A stretch of 45,262 nt of DNA from Saprospiraceae bacterium (GCA_040004485.1 JBDUAU010000326.1:1-45262), one strand, 5' to 3'; positions 10,244 through 19,000 are shown, counted from the stretch's first letter. Translations and numbers: made by a program. Notes: a model not told the origin generated them from the letters alone.

Positions 10244-11668
10244 ATGAAAATAAAATTCAAGCAAAATCCAATAAGCCGAAGGAAATTTTTCGGACAGGCC
10301 AGTTGTGCTGCCATTGGCGTTTCCACCCTGTATTCATCGCTTGTAAATCTCAAAGCCCTGAGTGCTCTTTCTGTTGCTAACAGCACTACGCTTGCTGATC
10401 CGGAATATAAAGCACTCATATGCTTATTTCAATCCGGTGGAAATGATTCCTTCAATATGCTCATGCCACGATCTTCATCCGAGTATGCTGATTATGCGGC
10501 CACACGGTCAAATATTGCTATCCCGCAAGGAGATATGCTGCCTATTTTCCCGAATAATGCAGGTGGAAGGTTGTTTGGAATACACCCGAGCATGACACGT
10601 TGCCAGCAATTATTTAATGATGGTAAGATGGCTTTCATTTCCAATGTGGGAACATTGGTGGAGCCCACTACAAAGGATCAATACTTTCAGGGACAGGGAA
10701 ATTTGCCTTTGGGTTTGTATTCACATTCAGATCAGGGTCAGCAATGGATGACCGGATTACCAAATGGCCGCACGGGTACAGGATGGGGTGGAAAAGTAGC
10801 TGATATCATCAAGGACATGAACAGCAACGCGAATATCTCTATGAATTTTTCCATGAGCGGAACAAATGTATTCCAGACAGGATTAGATACAATTGAATTT
10901 GCTCTTGATCCATACAATGGTAGTTCCGGTATATATGGATATGGTGATGTTGAAGAATGGAATGTATTTGACAGGCTTCGAACGAAGGCGCTCAAATCGA
11001 TGATTGATCATGAATATCAGGACATGTTTCAAAAAACATACATTGATGTCATCAGACGATCAAGGGATGGTCATGCACAATTCCAGGACGCAATAGGCAA
11101 CGTGCCGGAATTTCAAACACAGTTTACTGACAATTATTTATCACATGCGTTCCAGCTTGCTGCTTATTCCATAGCTGCACACGAAGCCCTGGGCATGAAA
11201 CGCCAGATATTCTTCATTGACTATGGAGGATGGGACAATCATGATGAGGTGCTTGCTACGCAAAGTGGTTTATTATATGAATTAGATGCAGCCTTTGGAG
11301 AATTTTCAGATGTGATGACAGAGCTTGGTCTTGGCAAACAAGTCACAACATTTTCTCTTTCAGAATTCAGCCGCACGCTGACATCCAATGGTAATGGTAC
11401 TGATCACGCTTGGGGTGGTAATGTCATGGTGCTGGGTGAAGATGTACGAGGAAAAAATATATATGGTGAATATCCTACACTGGCTCTTGACTCAAGCCTT
11501 GAATTAGGCAGTGGCGTCATGCTGCCGAAAATAAGCGCTGATGAGTATTTTGCTGAGCTTGCATTATGGTTTGGTATCAATCCTTCAGACCTTACTTCAA
11601 TATTCCCGACGCTGACAAATTTCTATCAACCCGGATCAGGAATGCCGATTGGTTTTCTCAATTCATAA
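10244..11668 (+). CDS. DUF1501 domain-containing protein (sulfatase/alkaline-phosphatase-like) with a Tat signal
   Basis: Twin-arginine motif SRRKFFGQASCAAIGV, then GGNDSFNM near the N-terminus and GTDHAWGG near the C-terminus, both typical of DUF1501. Confidence 0.7.
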   Translation: MKIKFKQNPISRRKFFGQASCAAIGVSTLYSSLVNLKALSALSVANSTTLADPEYKALICLFQSGGNDSFNMLMPRSSSEYADYAATRSNIAIPQGDMLPIFPNNAGGRLFGIHPSMTRCQQLFNDGKMAFISNVGTLVEPTTKDQYFQGQGNLPLGLYSHSDQGQQWMTGLPNGRTGTGWGGKVADIIKDMNSNANISMNFSMSGTNVFQTGLDTIEFALDPYNGSSGIYGYGDVEEWNVFDRLRTKALKSMIDHEYQDMFQKTYIDVIRRSRDGHAQFQDAIGNVPEFQTQFTDNYLSHAFQLAAYSIAAHEALGMKRQIFFIDYGGWDNHDEVLATQSGLLYELDAAFGEFSDVMTELGLGKQVTTFSLSEFSRTLTSNGNGTDHAWGGNVMVLGEDVRGKNIYGEYPTLALDSSLELGSGVMLPKISADEYFAELALWFGINPSDLTSIFPTLTNFYQPGSGMPIGFLNS

Positions 11669-11680
11669 CATCGACCCGCT

Positions 11681-12439
11681 ATGAAAAAATTAATCTTTCT
11701 GTTTGCTGCCTTTGCGCTGTTTCAACACATAGCTCATGCCCAATGTTATCCAAATCGTCACAGCACAAATTTCTTTGATGGATGGATCTCCTGCGAGGCC
11801 GCGCCAAGTCCGAATCCGTTACGTCCTGTAAGTCATTTCATCATGTATGATTTTGGCAAGATCTATAAGCTCGGCCAGATGGAAATCTGGAATACGAATG
11901 ATCCGTCACATCTGGATTGGGGTATGCGCGATGTTGCTATTGATTATTCTGTCGATGGTGAGACATGGTCAACTTCGGGTACGTATACATTTCAACAAGC
12001 GAGTGGTCTGAGCACGTATGAAGGTGGTCCAGGCCCTGATCTTGGCGGCGTTGAAGGTCGATATTTACTTATCACTGCTATCAATAATTATGGTGGTAGC
12101 TGCTATGGGTTGAGTGAATTCAGAGTGAATGGAGAGGAAGTGGTAATCACCAATGTGGATGATCTGGCGAAACTGGAATGTGTAGATATTTCTCTTTATC
12201 CAAATCCATTTGCAGATAAAATGAATTTGGTACTTGCCCCTGGTTGCAATGGAGACTTACGATATACGCTATATGATGCTTTGGGTCATCAGGTAAGAGC
12301 TGAAAAGGCTTCATTGATTTCAGGACAGGAGAAAGAAATAGAAATCGGTCGTGATCTTCCTGCGGGAACGTATATGTTGAATATTGAATTTGGGGGAAAG
12401 TCTGTGAATAAGAGTATTGTGAAGATGAGTAAGACGTAG
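11681..12439 (+). CDS. discoidin (F5/8 type C)-like domain protein with a T9SS C-terminal sorting domain
   Basis: Signal peptide. Galactose-binding-like segment (MEIWNTND...GRYLLITAINNYGG..YGLSEFRVNG). C-terminal ISLYPNPFADKMNLVL...GTYMLNIEF is CTD-like. Confidence 0.65.
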   Translation: MKKLIFLFAAFALFQHIAHAQCYPNRHSTNFFDGWISCEAAPSPNPLRPVSHFIMYDFGKIYKLGQMEIWNTNDPSHLDWGMRDVAIDYSVDGETWSTSGTYTFQQASGLSTYEGGPGPDLGGVEGRYLLITAINNYGGSCYGLSEFRVNGEEVVITNVDDLAKLECVDISLYPNPFADKMNLVLAPGCNGDLRYTLYDALGHQVRAEKASLISGQEKEIEIGRDLPAGTYMLNIEFGGKSVNKSIVKMSKT

Positions 12440-12505
12440 GAGTCGGGGCTTCGGCCGCTGGATTTCCGTTGGATATCCATCGCTTGCTCAGCCACCTTAG
12501 ATTTC

Positions 12506-12555
12506 ATTATAAAGAAGTAGGGACGCGATTGATCGCGTCTCTACTTCTTTATAAT
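12506..12555 (+). terminator. 50-nt near-perfect palindrome (24-nt arms, GTAGGGAC core), terminator-like
   Basis: ATTATAAAGAAGTAGGGACGCGAT-TG-ATCGCGTCTCTACTTCTTTATAAT. Of the 24 arm positions, 23 are Watson-Crick pairs and one is a G.U pair. Confidence 0.6.
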
Positions 12556-12585
12556 TAATTGCTCATGCATCACTATCATTGCAGG

Positions 12586-13023
12586 ATGATCATAGGGATT
12601 GATTCCATTGATAAGCTGTCAGAGATTGTAGATGTTGTGCATTCGCTCATTGGTGAGGGGTATTCAGTTGTTTTGTTAGATGGAGAATTGGGGGCTGGAA
12701 AAACAACATTAGTGCAGCTTCTTTGTAAAAGTTATGGCGTAGAACAACAAGTGAGCAGTCCTACATTTTCGATTATACAGGAATATATCTCTCCTATAAA
12801 AGGGCCGATCATTCATATGGATCTTTATCGTCTTGACAAGCCACAGGAGCTTGAGCAAATAGGGTTTGCAGAATATCTTGATTCGGGTCAGCTTTGTATT
12901 ATTGAATGGCCTGAAGTGGGAAATGATTATTTTGTAATGTCTTATATCCGTGTAGACATCGGTGTAGAAAATAACAATATTCGTAACTTCAAGATCACGA
13001 CTCATGACGCAGTGGACGCATAA
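12586..13023 (+). CDS. tsaE: tRNA t6A37 threonylcarbamoyl-transfer complex ATPase TsaE
   Basis: Walker A GELGAGKTTLV, plus SPTFSIIQEY and HMDLYRL. The track start at 12559 is TTG; the ATG at 12586 gives the usual length. Confidence 0.8.
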   Translation: MIIGIDSIDKLSEIVDVVHSLIGEGYSVVLLDGELGAGKTTLVQLLCKSYGVEQQVSSPTFSIIQEYISPIKGPIIHMDLYRLDKPQELEQIGFAEYLDSGQLCIIEWPEVGNDYFVMSYIRVDIGVENNNIRNFKITTHDAVDA

Positions 13024-14212
13024 ATATGGCTTTAGCCTGGAGACCATGCCCGAAACGGTTGCTGTCGCCAAGGGGGGAAGTCAGTTTACGATTGGGATTC
13101 CTGATGAGTCTTCGCATACCGAAAACCGGGTGGCAATTGTACCTCACTCTGTGAGACCATTAGTTCAACAGGGTCATCGTGTGCTCGTTCAGGCTGGTGC
13201 GGGTACGATGTCTCACTATGATGATCATGAATACAGCGAAGCCGGAGCAGAGATATCGCCAACGCGGCAGGAAGTGTTTAAGAGCGATATTATTCTAAAA
13301 GTTGCTCCGCCGACTATTGATGAAATAGAACTCCTTCATCCTGATCAATGCCTGATCTCGCCGCTTCAATTGCCGACGCTATCCGAAACTTATGTCGAAA
13401 GATTATTACGTCATCGTGTTACAGCTGTAGCTATGGAATACCTGCAGGCTGCAGATGGATCGTATCCGTTGGTGCGAACGATGAGCGAGATCGCGGGCAT
13501 AACAGCAATCCAAACGGCAGCAGAACTTCTGTGCAAGTCAGAAGTGGGACGCGGAGTACTGCTTGGTGGCGTTTCCGGAGTGCCGCCGGCAAAGGTGGTG
13601 ATCCTGGGCGCAGGAGTGGTAGGAGAGTTTGCTATTCGTACTGCACTTAGTCTGGGAGCCACTGTGCGGGTGTTTGATGACAATGTATATAAGTTAATGC
13701 GCCTGCAGCAGATCATCGGCCGACGACTGCACACCTCAACTATCAATCCCGTGTATCTTCAGTATCAACTGTTGAGTGCAGATGTTGTGATTGGCGCTGT
13801 TCATTCGGCTACAGGACGATCATCTGTGTTGGTTCCTGAAGAGATGGTGATGAAGATGAAAGAAGGTAGTGTCATCATCGATGTCAGTATTGATCAGGGT
13901 GGAATATTTGAAACCTCTGAAGTGACAACACTTGATAAACCAACTTTTATTAAACATGGCGTCATCCATTATTGCGTGCCGAATATTGCTTCGAAAGTAA
14001 GTCGTACAGCATCTGCGGCCATCAGTAATATTTTGACACCGTTATTAATTAAGGCAGGGGCTTATGGTGGTATAGAAGCTTTGCTGCGTGATCATGCAGG
14101 ATTCAGGCATGGAGTGTATACATACAAAGGGCATTTGACGAATGAGTATTTGTCAAGAAGATTCGGGCATAAGTATACGGCTATCGATTTGATACTGCCT
14201 TCCAATATGTAA
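13004..14212 (+). CDS. ald: alanine dehydrogenase family protein
   Basis: N-terminal substrate domain IGIPDES..ENRVAIVP and Rossmann motif VVILGAGVVGEFA. Length and tsaE adjacency are typical for Bacteroidota. The start could be the ATG at 13046. Confidence 0.75.
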   Translation: MTQWTHKYGFSLETMPETVAVAKGGSQFTIGIPDESSHTENRVAIVPHSVRPLVQQGHRVLVQAGAGTMSHYDDHEYSEAGAEISPTRQEVFKSDIILKVAPPTIDEIELLHPDQCLISPLQLPTLSETYVERLLRHRVTAVAMEYLQAADGSYPLVRTMSEIAGITAIQTAAELLCKSEVGRGVLLGGVSGVPPAKVVILGAGVVGEFAIRTALSLGATVRVFDDNVYKLMRLQQIIGRRLHTSTINPVYLQYQLLSADVVIGAVHSATGRSSVLVPEEMVMKMKEGSVIIDVSIDQGGIFETSEVTTLDKPTFIKHGVIHYCVPNIASKVSRTASAAISNILTPLLIKAGAYGGIEALLRDHAGFRHGVYTYKGHLTNEYLSRRFGHKYTAIDLILPSNM

Positions 14213-14240
14213 GAGCGTAAGAAAGGAAGAGTTTAAGACC
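14209..14240. repeat. degenerate 8-nt phased tract GTAAGAGC GTAAGAAA GGAAGAGT TTAAGACC
   Basis: Read directly. It begins on the ald stop codon (TAA 14210-14212). AAGA is conserved at unit positions 3-6. Confidence 0.75.
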
Positions 14241-14260
14241 AATAAGATCTGATTCCAATT

Positions 14261-17200
14261 TTACCAACCTGGCACAAGGAACACGCCGAATTTTCCATTG
14301 GTGTTTTTCAGTAGTGGCCATGCAAAAAATGGCTCGACGATAAGTGCTCCGAATACATTTACCCGTGCGGAAAAACCAGTGCTGAAAACAAGTTTGGGTT
14401 TAACATTGCCTCCTTCGGGCCCTGATTTGCCAAGGTCTTTATAGTCGTTGAATGCTACTCCTCCGTCAACGAACCAGGCAAGCTCGGTGAACAGTGCATT
14501 GCTCTTGATTAAAGCCAGTCGTTCGGGACCTGTAAAAGGAAGCCTTACCTCAAAGTTTGATACAAAAAATTTCGATCCGAAGAGTTGATTTGGATCCAGT
14601 GCACCACTTGAAGAAAATTCATTTAGTCTGCCATATCCATAGCCATGTACAAGTCCCATTTCACCAATAAGAATCGGATAAAATGCTTTTGAATCCCTAC
14701 CCAGGGTGGAATAATGCATGGCTCTAAACGCGAATGAAACGGGTTTCATCCACCGATAAAATCTAAAATCCGCTGATGCAGTTTGAAACTGATATCCACC
14801 GAAATAATCGGAGAAATCAAGACGGTAACGATATCCATTAATAGGAGAAGCAAGTCCAAACTGACTATTATCTCCTACGATTGAAATACTCGGGTTATAA
14901 AAAGTAGTTTTCTTCACCCTGAAAAAACCAAATACAGTTGTATCATTCGGAAGCTTTACTTTTTCCCGATCACTTTGCGTAACGAACTGTTGAAATTGGT
15001 CATCCGTATAATAATAGTTTCTTCTGTCCAATCGAAAGAACCTGAAATTTACACCCATCGATCCTTCAACCCTAAGGTATTTTGAGAACGGGTATTGAAG
15101 CAACCCTGAAATCTGCTCCTGAAAAATTCTTAACGTATTTTCTTGTTCTGCGATTACAGGCAATTGACTACCATTGATGTTTAGTGTATCCCTATAATAA
15201 CCATACAAGCCTGTTCTCAGCGGAATATGTGAAGCTGTAACACCCCATGCTATAGGCCCCTTTTGATTTATGTATTGAAATGATCCTCCTATATCATAAA
15301 TCTCACCATTTAGCGCAAGCGTGGTATACAATTGATTATTGCCCAGGATATCGCTGAAGATCATGTTTATTCCACCAGCTAATCCTGTTCTCGATCCAAT
15401 ACCTCCTGCATTGACGCCCAAGCCCCCTCCACCATCGATATAATCCAGTTTGAATTTTCCTTTGTATGGAACATCTTTGTATGCAGATGGATCAGTGGGG
15501 TTTACATCATCCAGTTTTTCAATATTGTTCATCACCAGTTGATGCGTCTTATCCAATACTACCGGCAGTGTGCCTGCCTCATAGCGCACATCATCAGGAC
15601 GAACCACTGTATGTAAAAATGCTGCCTCTTTGGCTTCATAGATATCATACCCGCTTTTGAAATAATGTGTGTAAGCAATTCTGTCATTTGATTTTGAAAC
15701 TGATATCGCCGGGGAATATTGACTGATACCACTTATACCTGTTTTCAGATCAGTCATCTGAAGTAATTCACCATTCAGATCGGTGCGATAAAGATTTCTG
15801 AAACCATCACGATCTGAAACGAAGTATACATTTCCGTTGGGATCATAACATGGATTGAGGCAATCGGCTCCGGGAAATATCTGATTATAATCAGTGATCA
15901 ATTTGTCTTCCAGATTGATGCGTGACAGGTGAAGATTCCAGCGACCATGTACTTTTTTCTGTTCAAATGTTTTTCGGTCAGAACTGAAGACCAAATATTT
16001 TCCATCAGGACTATAGTCGGGATAGACTTCACTATACAGATCATCCGTAAGCTGTCTGACTTTTTTTGATTTCAGATTGTAAATGAAAAGATCGGTCTGG
16101 CCTTCGACCATACCGGAGAAAGCAATTTCTTTTCCATCAGGAGACCATGAAGGATGCGCAATTGCAGCGATACCCGGCATATTGATTTCATCAACAGTAG
16201 AGCCCGAGTCGGGATTCTTGATGACGAGAACATTTTGACCTTTCGTCACGCCTACAAAAGCAAATTGTTCGCTATTGGGTGACCACGTGCCTGAGGATTC
16301 GAATAAATTAAGATCATCAAGATTGCCGCTATGAAGGAAGCTGTTGACTTTACGGATTATTTTTCCGGTACGCGCATCGGCGAGATATAGATCAGTAGAG
16401 AATAGATTTTTATCAGAAAGAAAAATGACAAACTTACCATTAGGACTGATGACGGGTGATACATTGAGTCGTCCTGCATTTTCTCCAGAGATAATTTTTT
16501 TACCTACGGTATTTTCTTTCATATCACCCAGTAGTGGTGTGTAATATGTCTTGAGTGACTCTGTAAACGCTGCTCCAAGATCGGCCTGGGTGGTATTGAG
16601 TGTAATGGCAAGGGCTGCATCAAGACCATACATTGCGGTATTCATAAACAGCGGGGCGATCATGTCATCTCCATACGTACCGCTGAAGAAAGCCCAGAAT
16701 GCCTGTCCATATCGATAGGGGAAATATTTATATCCTGAAAGCTTTTTGATATTTGGTACATCGTCATTGAGCACTGCATCTCTCATCCACATCGCCGTAT
16801 AAGGATCAACACGTCCAAGTGATAAATATTCAGCCATGCCCTCCACCATCCATAGCGGAAGATTAGCAAGTGACTGAAGGCTGGTGCTATCGCCCGAAAT
16901 AATCTTGTGATATTGAAATGAATGGACGAGTTCGTGACCAAGTACATGTTGATTCTGTTGATTGATCATTGTGAACGGAAGGATCACCCGATTCTTCAGG
17001 CCTTCTGTGACACCGCCAGTGCCTATACCTATATCGCCATAAATCGCATTTGTCTGCTGGAATTCTGCATGATTATTGTAAAAAATAATAGGATTCTTTT
17101 CGGTGTACGTGTCTTTTAGCACAGTGCTATGCATGCCATACCATATCTCTGCCCAATCGGCCATCTGGTCAAGTGCAGCTTTGTTTTTAGTATAATAATG

Positions 17201-17344
17201 GATAGCGTAATGAGGTGTCTCCAGGACATTAAATTCAAATGTTCTGTACCTGGGTTTGTTCTGGCCAAATAACTGAGCATGGGTCGTGGACGGAATGATG
17301 AACAATCCGATCATGAGAGCGATCAAAAACAGACGTTCTTTCAT
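14261..17344 (-). CDS. outer-membrane multidomain protein: MA-clan HExxH peptidase-like domain, PD40/TolB-like beta-propeller and C-terminal beta-barrel
   Basis: Signal peptide; HELVHSFQY ... EGMAEYLS; five PD40-like repeats (SPNGKF, SPNSEQ, SPDGKE, SPDGKY, DPNGNV). The C-terminal ~400 aa are rich in alternating aromatic/Gly residues and end ...GVFLVPGW (terminal aromatic). Confidence 0.6.
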   Translation of the reverse strand: MKERLFLIALMIGLFIIPSTTHAQLFGQNKPRYRTFEFNVLETPHYAIHYYTKNKAALDQMADWAEIWYGMHSTVLKDTYTEKNPIIFYNNHAEFQQTNAIYGDIGIGTGGVTEGLKNRVILPFTMINQQNQHVLGHELVHSFQYHKIISGDSTSLQSLANLPLWMVEGMAEYLSLGRVDPYTAMWMRDAVLNDDVPNIKKLSGYKYFPYRYGQAFWAFFSGTYGDDMIAPLFMNTAMYGLDAALAITLNTTQADLGAAFTESLKTYYTPLLGDMKENTVGKKIISGENAGRLNVSPVISPNGKFVIFLSDKNLFSTDLYLADARTGKIIRKVNSFLHSGNLDDLNLFESSGTWSPNSEQFAFVGVTKGQNVLVIKNPDSGSTVDEINMPGIAAIAHPSWSPDGKEIAFSGMVEGQTDLFIYNLKSKKVRQLTDDLYSEVYPDYSPDGKYLVFSSDRKTFEQKKVHGRWNLHLSRINLEDKLITDYNQIFPGADCLNPCYDPNGNVYFVSDRDGFRNLYRTDLNGELLQMTDLKTGISGISQYSPAISVSKSNDRIAYTHYFKSGYDIYEAKEAAFLHTVVRPDDVRYEAGTLPVVLDKTHQLVMNNIEKLDDVNPTDPSAYKDVPYKGKFKLDYIDGGGGLGVNAGGIGSRTGLAGGINMIFSDILGNNQLYTTLALNGEIYDIGGSFQYINQKGPIAWGVTASHIPLRTGLYGYYRDTLNINGSQLPVIAEQENTLRIFQEQISGLLQYPFSKYLRVEGSMGVNFRFFRLDRRNYYYTDDQFQQFVTQSDREKVKLPNDTTVFGFFRVKKTTFYNPSISIVGDNSQFGLASPINGYRYRLDFSDYFGGYQFQTASADFRFYRWMKPVSFAFRAMHYSTLGRDSKAFYPILIGEMGLVHGYGYGRLNEFSSSGALDPNQLFGSKFFVSNFEVRLPFTGPERLALIKSNALFTELAWFVDGGVAFNDYKDLGKSGPEGGNVKPKLVFSTGFSARVNVFGALIVEPFFAWPLLKNTNGKFGVFLVPGW

Positions 17345-17525
17345 AGAATTGGCTTTGTAGGCTTTAAGTAAGTTATATTTTAATAAACAGAACAGGGTAA
17401 AGGGTTTAGTATGTCATTGATTTTAAGACACGTTAAATTAACCTTAACAGGTTGATAATGTTTACTATCTGACAATTTTAGAGGTATTGGACATGCTACA
17501 GGTTCTGAAGGAAGAGAGACACCAC

Positions 17526-17533
17526 TATTTTTG
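17526..17533 (+). promoter_or_regulatory. -7 promoter box TATTTTTG
   Basis: Exact TAnnTTTG match 30 nt upstream of the lipid kinase ATG. Confidence 0.4.
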
Positions 17534-17562
17534 ATCAAAGAAAATTTGCGTTTCTTTCCCGG

Positions 17563-18474
17563 ATGGGTGTGGGGACACATTGGTCAGTGATCATCAATAG
17601 TAAGACTTGCAGTGACAAGGAATGGACGAGATGGCAGAGGCTTCTTGATAAAAATCATATTTCATTTAGTTTCTTTAAGACGGATTCGATAGTGTTGCTT
17701 TCAGGCACTCTTTCAAAACTATTGGAAGAAGGGAATTTGCATTTTCTTTTTGCAGGGGGTGATGGCACTCTTCATCACGGAGGAAATCTTTTAATACGAT
17801 TGGCGGGCACCGCATGCAAAATGATTACAATCGGTGTGCTACCGAGTGGTAGTGGCAATGACTGGGCAAGAACATTTGGAATTGAGACCGGTAGGCTAGT
17901 AGAAAGTTTGAAGGAAGGACAAACGGTCCCGCTTCATTTAATCAAGCTTAGTTGGCCTGATGGAAAAGAGCGATATGCATTCAATATGGTTGGGGGTGCA
18001 TTGGATGCAGCGGTAGTTAACTATTTATCTTCCTCTAAAATTAATACTGCTGGAAGTATTAAATATCCAATAGCCTTGTTGACCACCTTGATGAAGCCGC
18101 ATCGTTGGAATGGAAAGTTAGTGATTGATGGGGCAACCTATGAAGGAGATTGGCTAACAATTCAGGCCGGCTTCGGAAAATATTGTGGCGGGGGAATGTA
18201 TGTGCTTCCACATGCAGATTCTGAAAACGCCGGACTTTTATTGATGAAACCGAAATCCCTTTTGAAGCTGCTTACAAGCTTGCCAAAATTATACAATGGA
18301 AGAGTGGCGCAACAGAAAGAAGCTATTGCTTTACATTTTTCAACAATTGAAATACAACACACTGAAATACCTATTCCGATAGAGGCTGATGGAGAATGGC
18401 TGGGGACAAGTCCTGTTAGATTGAGTGTGGAGCGTGGGGTGATGAAGAGGTTGATTTTGCCCCCTTCCCTCTAA
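17563..18474 (+). CDS. diacylglycerol/lipid kinase family protein (YegS/BmrU-like)
   Basis: FAGGDGTLHHG catalytic-domain motif and LPSGSGNDWAR. Length ~300 aa. Confidence 0.75.
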   Translation: MGVGTHWSVIINSKTCSDKEWTRWQRLLDKNHISFSFFKTDSIVLLSGTLSKLLEEGNLHFLFAGGDGTLHHGGNLLIRLAGTACKMITIGVLPSGSGNDWARTFGIETGRLVESLKEGQTVPLHLIKLSWPDGKERYAFNMVGGALDAAVVNYLSSSKINTAGSIKYPIALLTTLMKPHRWNGKLVIDGATYEGDWLTIQAGFGKYCGGGMYVLPHADSENAGLLLMKPKSLLKLLTSLPKLYNGRVAQQKEAIALHFSTIEIQHTEIPIPIEADGEWLGTSPVRLSVERGVMKRLILPPSL

Positions 18475-18477
18475 AGG

Positions 18478-18647
18478 GGATTTTGGATGGTTGCTGAGCT
18501 GCAGTACGAGGATGAGAGGGGCAGGTCGAAGCATTGGATTTTGGATGGTTGCTGAGCTGCGGTTGGTGAGCTGAAGAATGAGGATGCGCAATAACATGTC
18601 GAACCATAGCACAGGGCTGAGTTTAGAGGGTCGAAGCATTGGATTTT
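18478..18647. repeat. tandem direct repeats (58-nt then ~105-nt units)
   Basis: GGATTTTGGATGGTTGCTGAGCTGC occurs at 18478-18502 and 18536-18560. GTCGAAGCATTGGATTTT occurs at 18525-18542 and 18630-18647. Confidence 0.9.
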
Positions 18648-18710
18648 CGATTTTTAATAAAATTTTTTCACAATAGGTTCATTAAAGATTATAATTTGAT
18701 TGAAAGATTC

Positions 18711-18884
18711 TCAAGTTGTTTGTTCTTCATCCCTATTGACGGACAATATTAATTCTAACGCGTCTTGTAAATTTTCTTTTAACTCCCCCGGGGTTGTTCA
18801 CTGAGAAATGGCTGCCGGCACTTCTTCAATCTGGCCAACATACATGCCATCTACATCTCTTTCTATAATGGCTGTGAGCCTCAT
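18711..18884 (-). pseudogene. HicB-family (UPF0150) antitoxin-like gene interrupted by one in-frame TGA
   Basis: Minus-strand translation: MRLTAIIERDVDGMYVGQIEEVPAAISQ*TTPGELKENLQDALELILSVNRDEEQTT*. The TGA (18800-18798) falls where HicB proteins carry Gly in the ..ISQG.. motif. Confidence 0.6.
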
Positions 18885-19000
18885 ATTTAATTTTTAAAGT
18901 AACGATACGGTGAGTATTCTCTGATATCCACTCGAAAAGTGGTCTGTTGTCCCATTGCAAAATTATACTTGATTTTAACCGCACCATTAAACCCCGCGAT

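Noticed and set aside
18340-18639. Two overlapping minus-strand ORFs (99 and 63 aa) across the repeat block
   Set aside because: Their sequences are Pro/His/Ser/Leu low-complexity generated by the tandem repeats. One also overlaps the 3-prime end of the lipid kinase gene.
18478-18647. Possible miniature CRISPR array (25-nt repeat seen twice)
   Set aside because: There are only two copies of each repeat. The repeats overlap each other as parts of one composite unit, the spacers are unequal and themselves share words, and no cas genes or leader are present in the window.
18798-18800. In-frame TGA in the HicB-like gene as Gly or Sec recoding
   Set aside because: Confident genes in the window terminate at TGA (galM 35156-35158, ATP-grasp 34068-34070, yihY 23600-23602), so TGA is a stop here. 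No SECIS-like hairpin follows the codon. A point mutation or sequencing error is simpler.
18885-19000. HicA-type toxin partner next to the HicB-like remnant
   Set aside because: I translated all three minus-strand frames. The only open stretches (e.g. MVRLKSSIILQWDNRPLFEWISENTHRIVTLKIKYE) do not show the HicA pattern.
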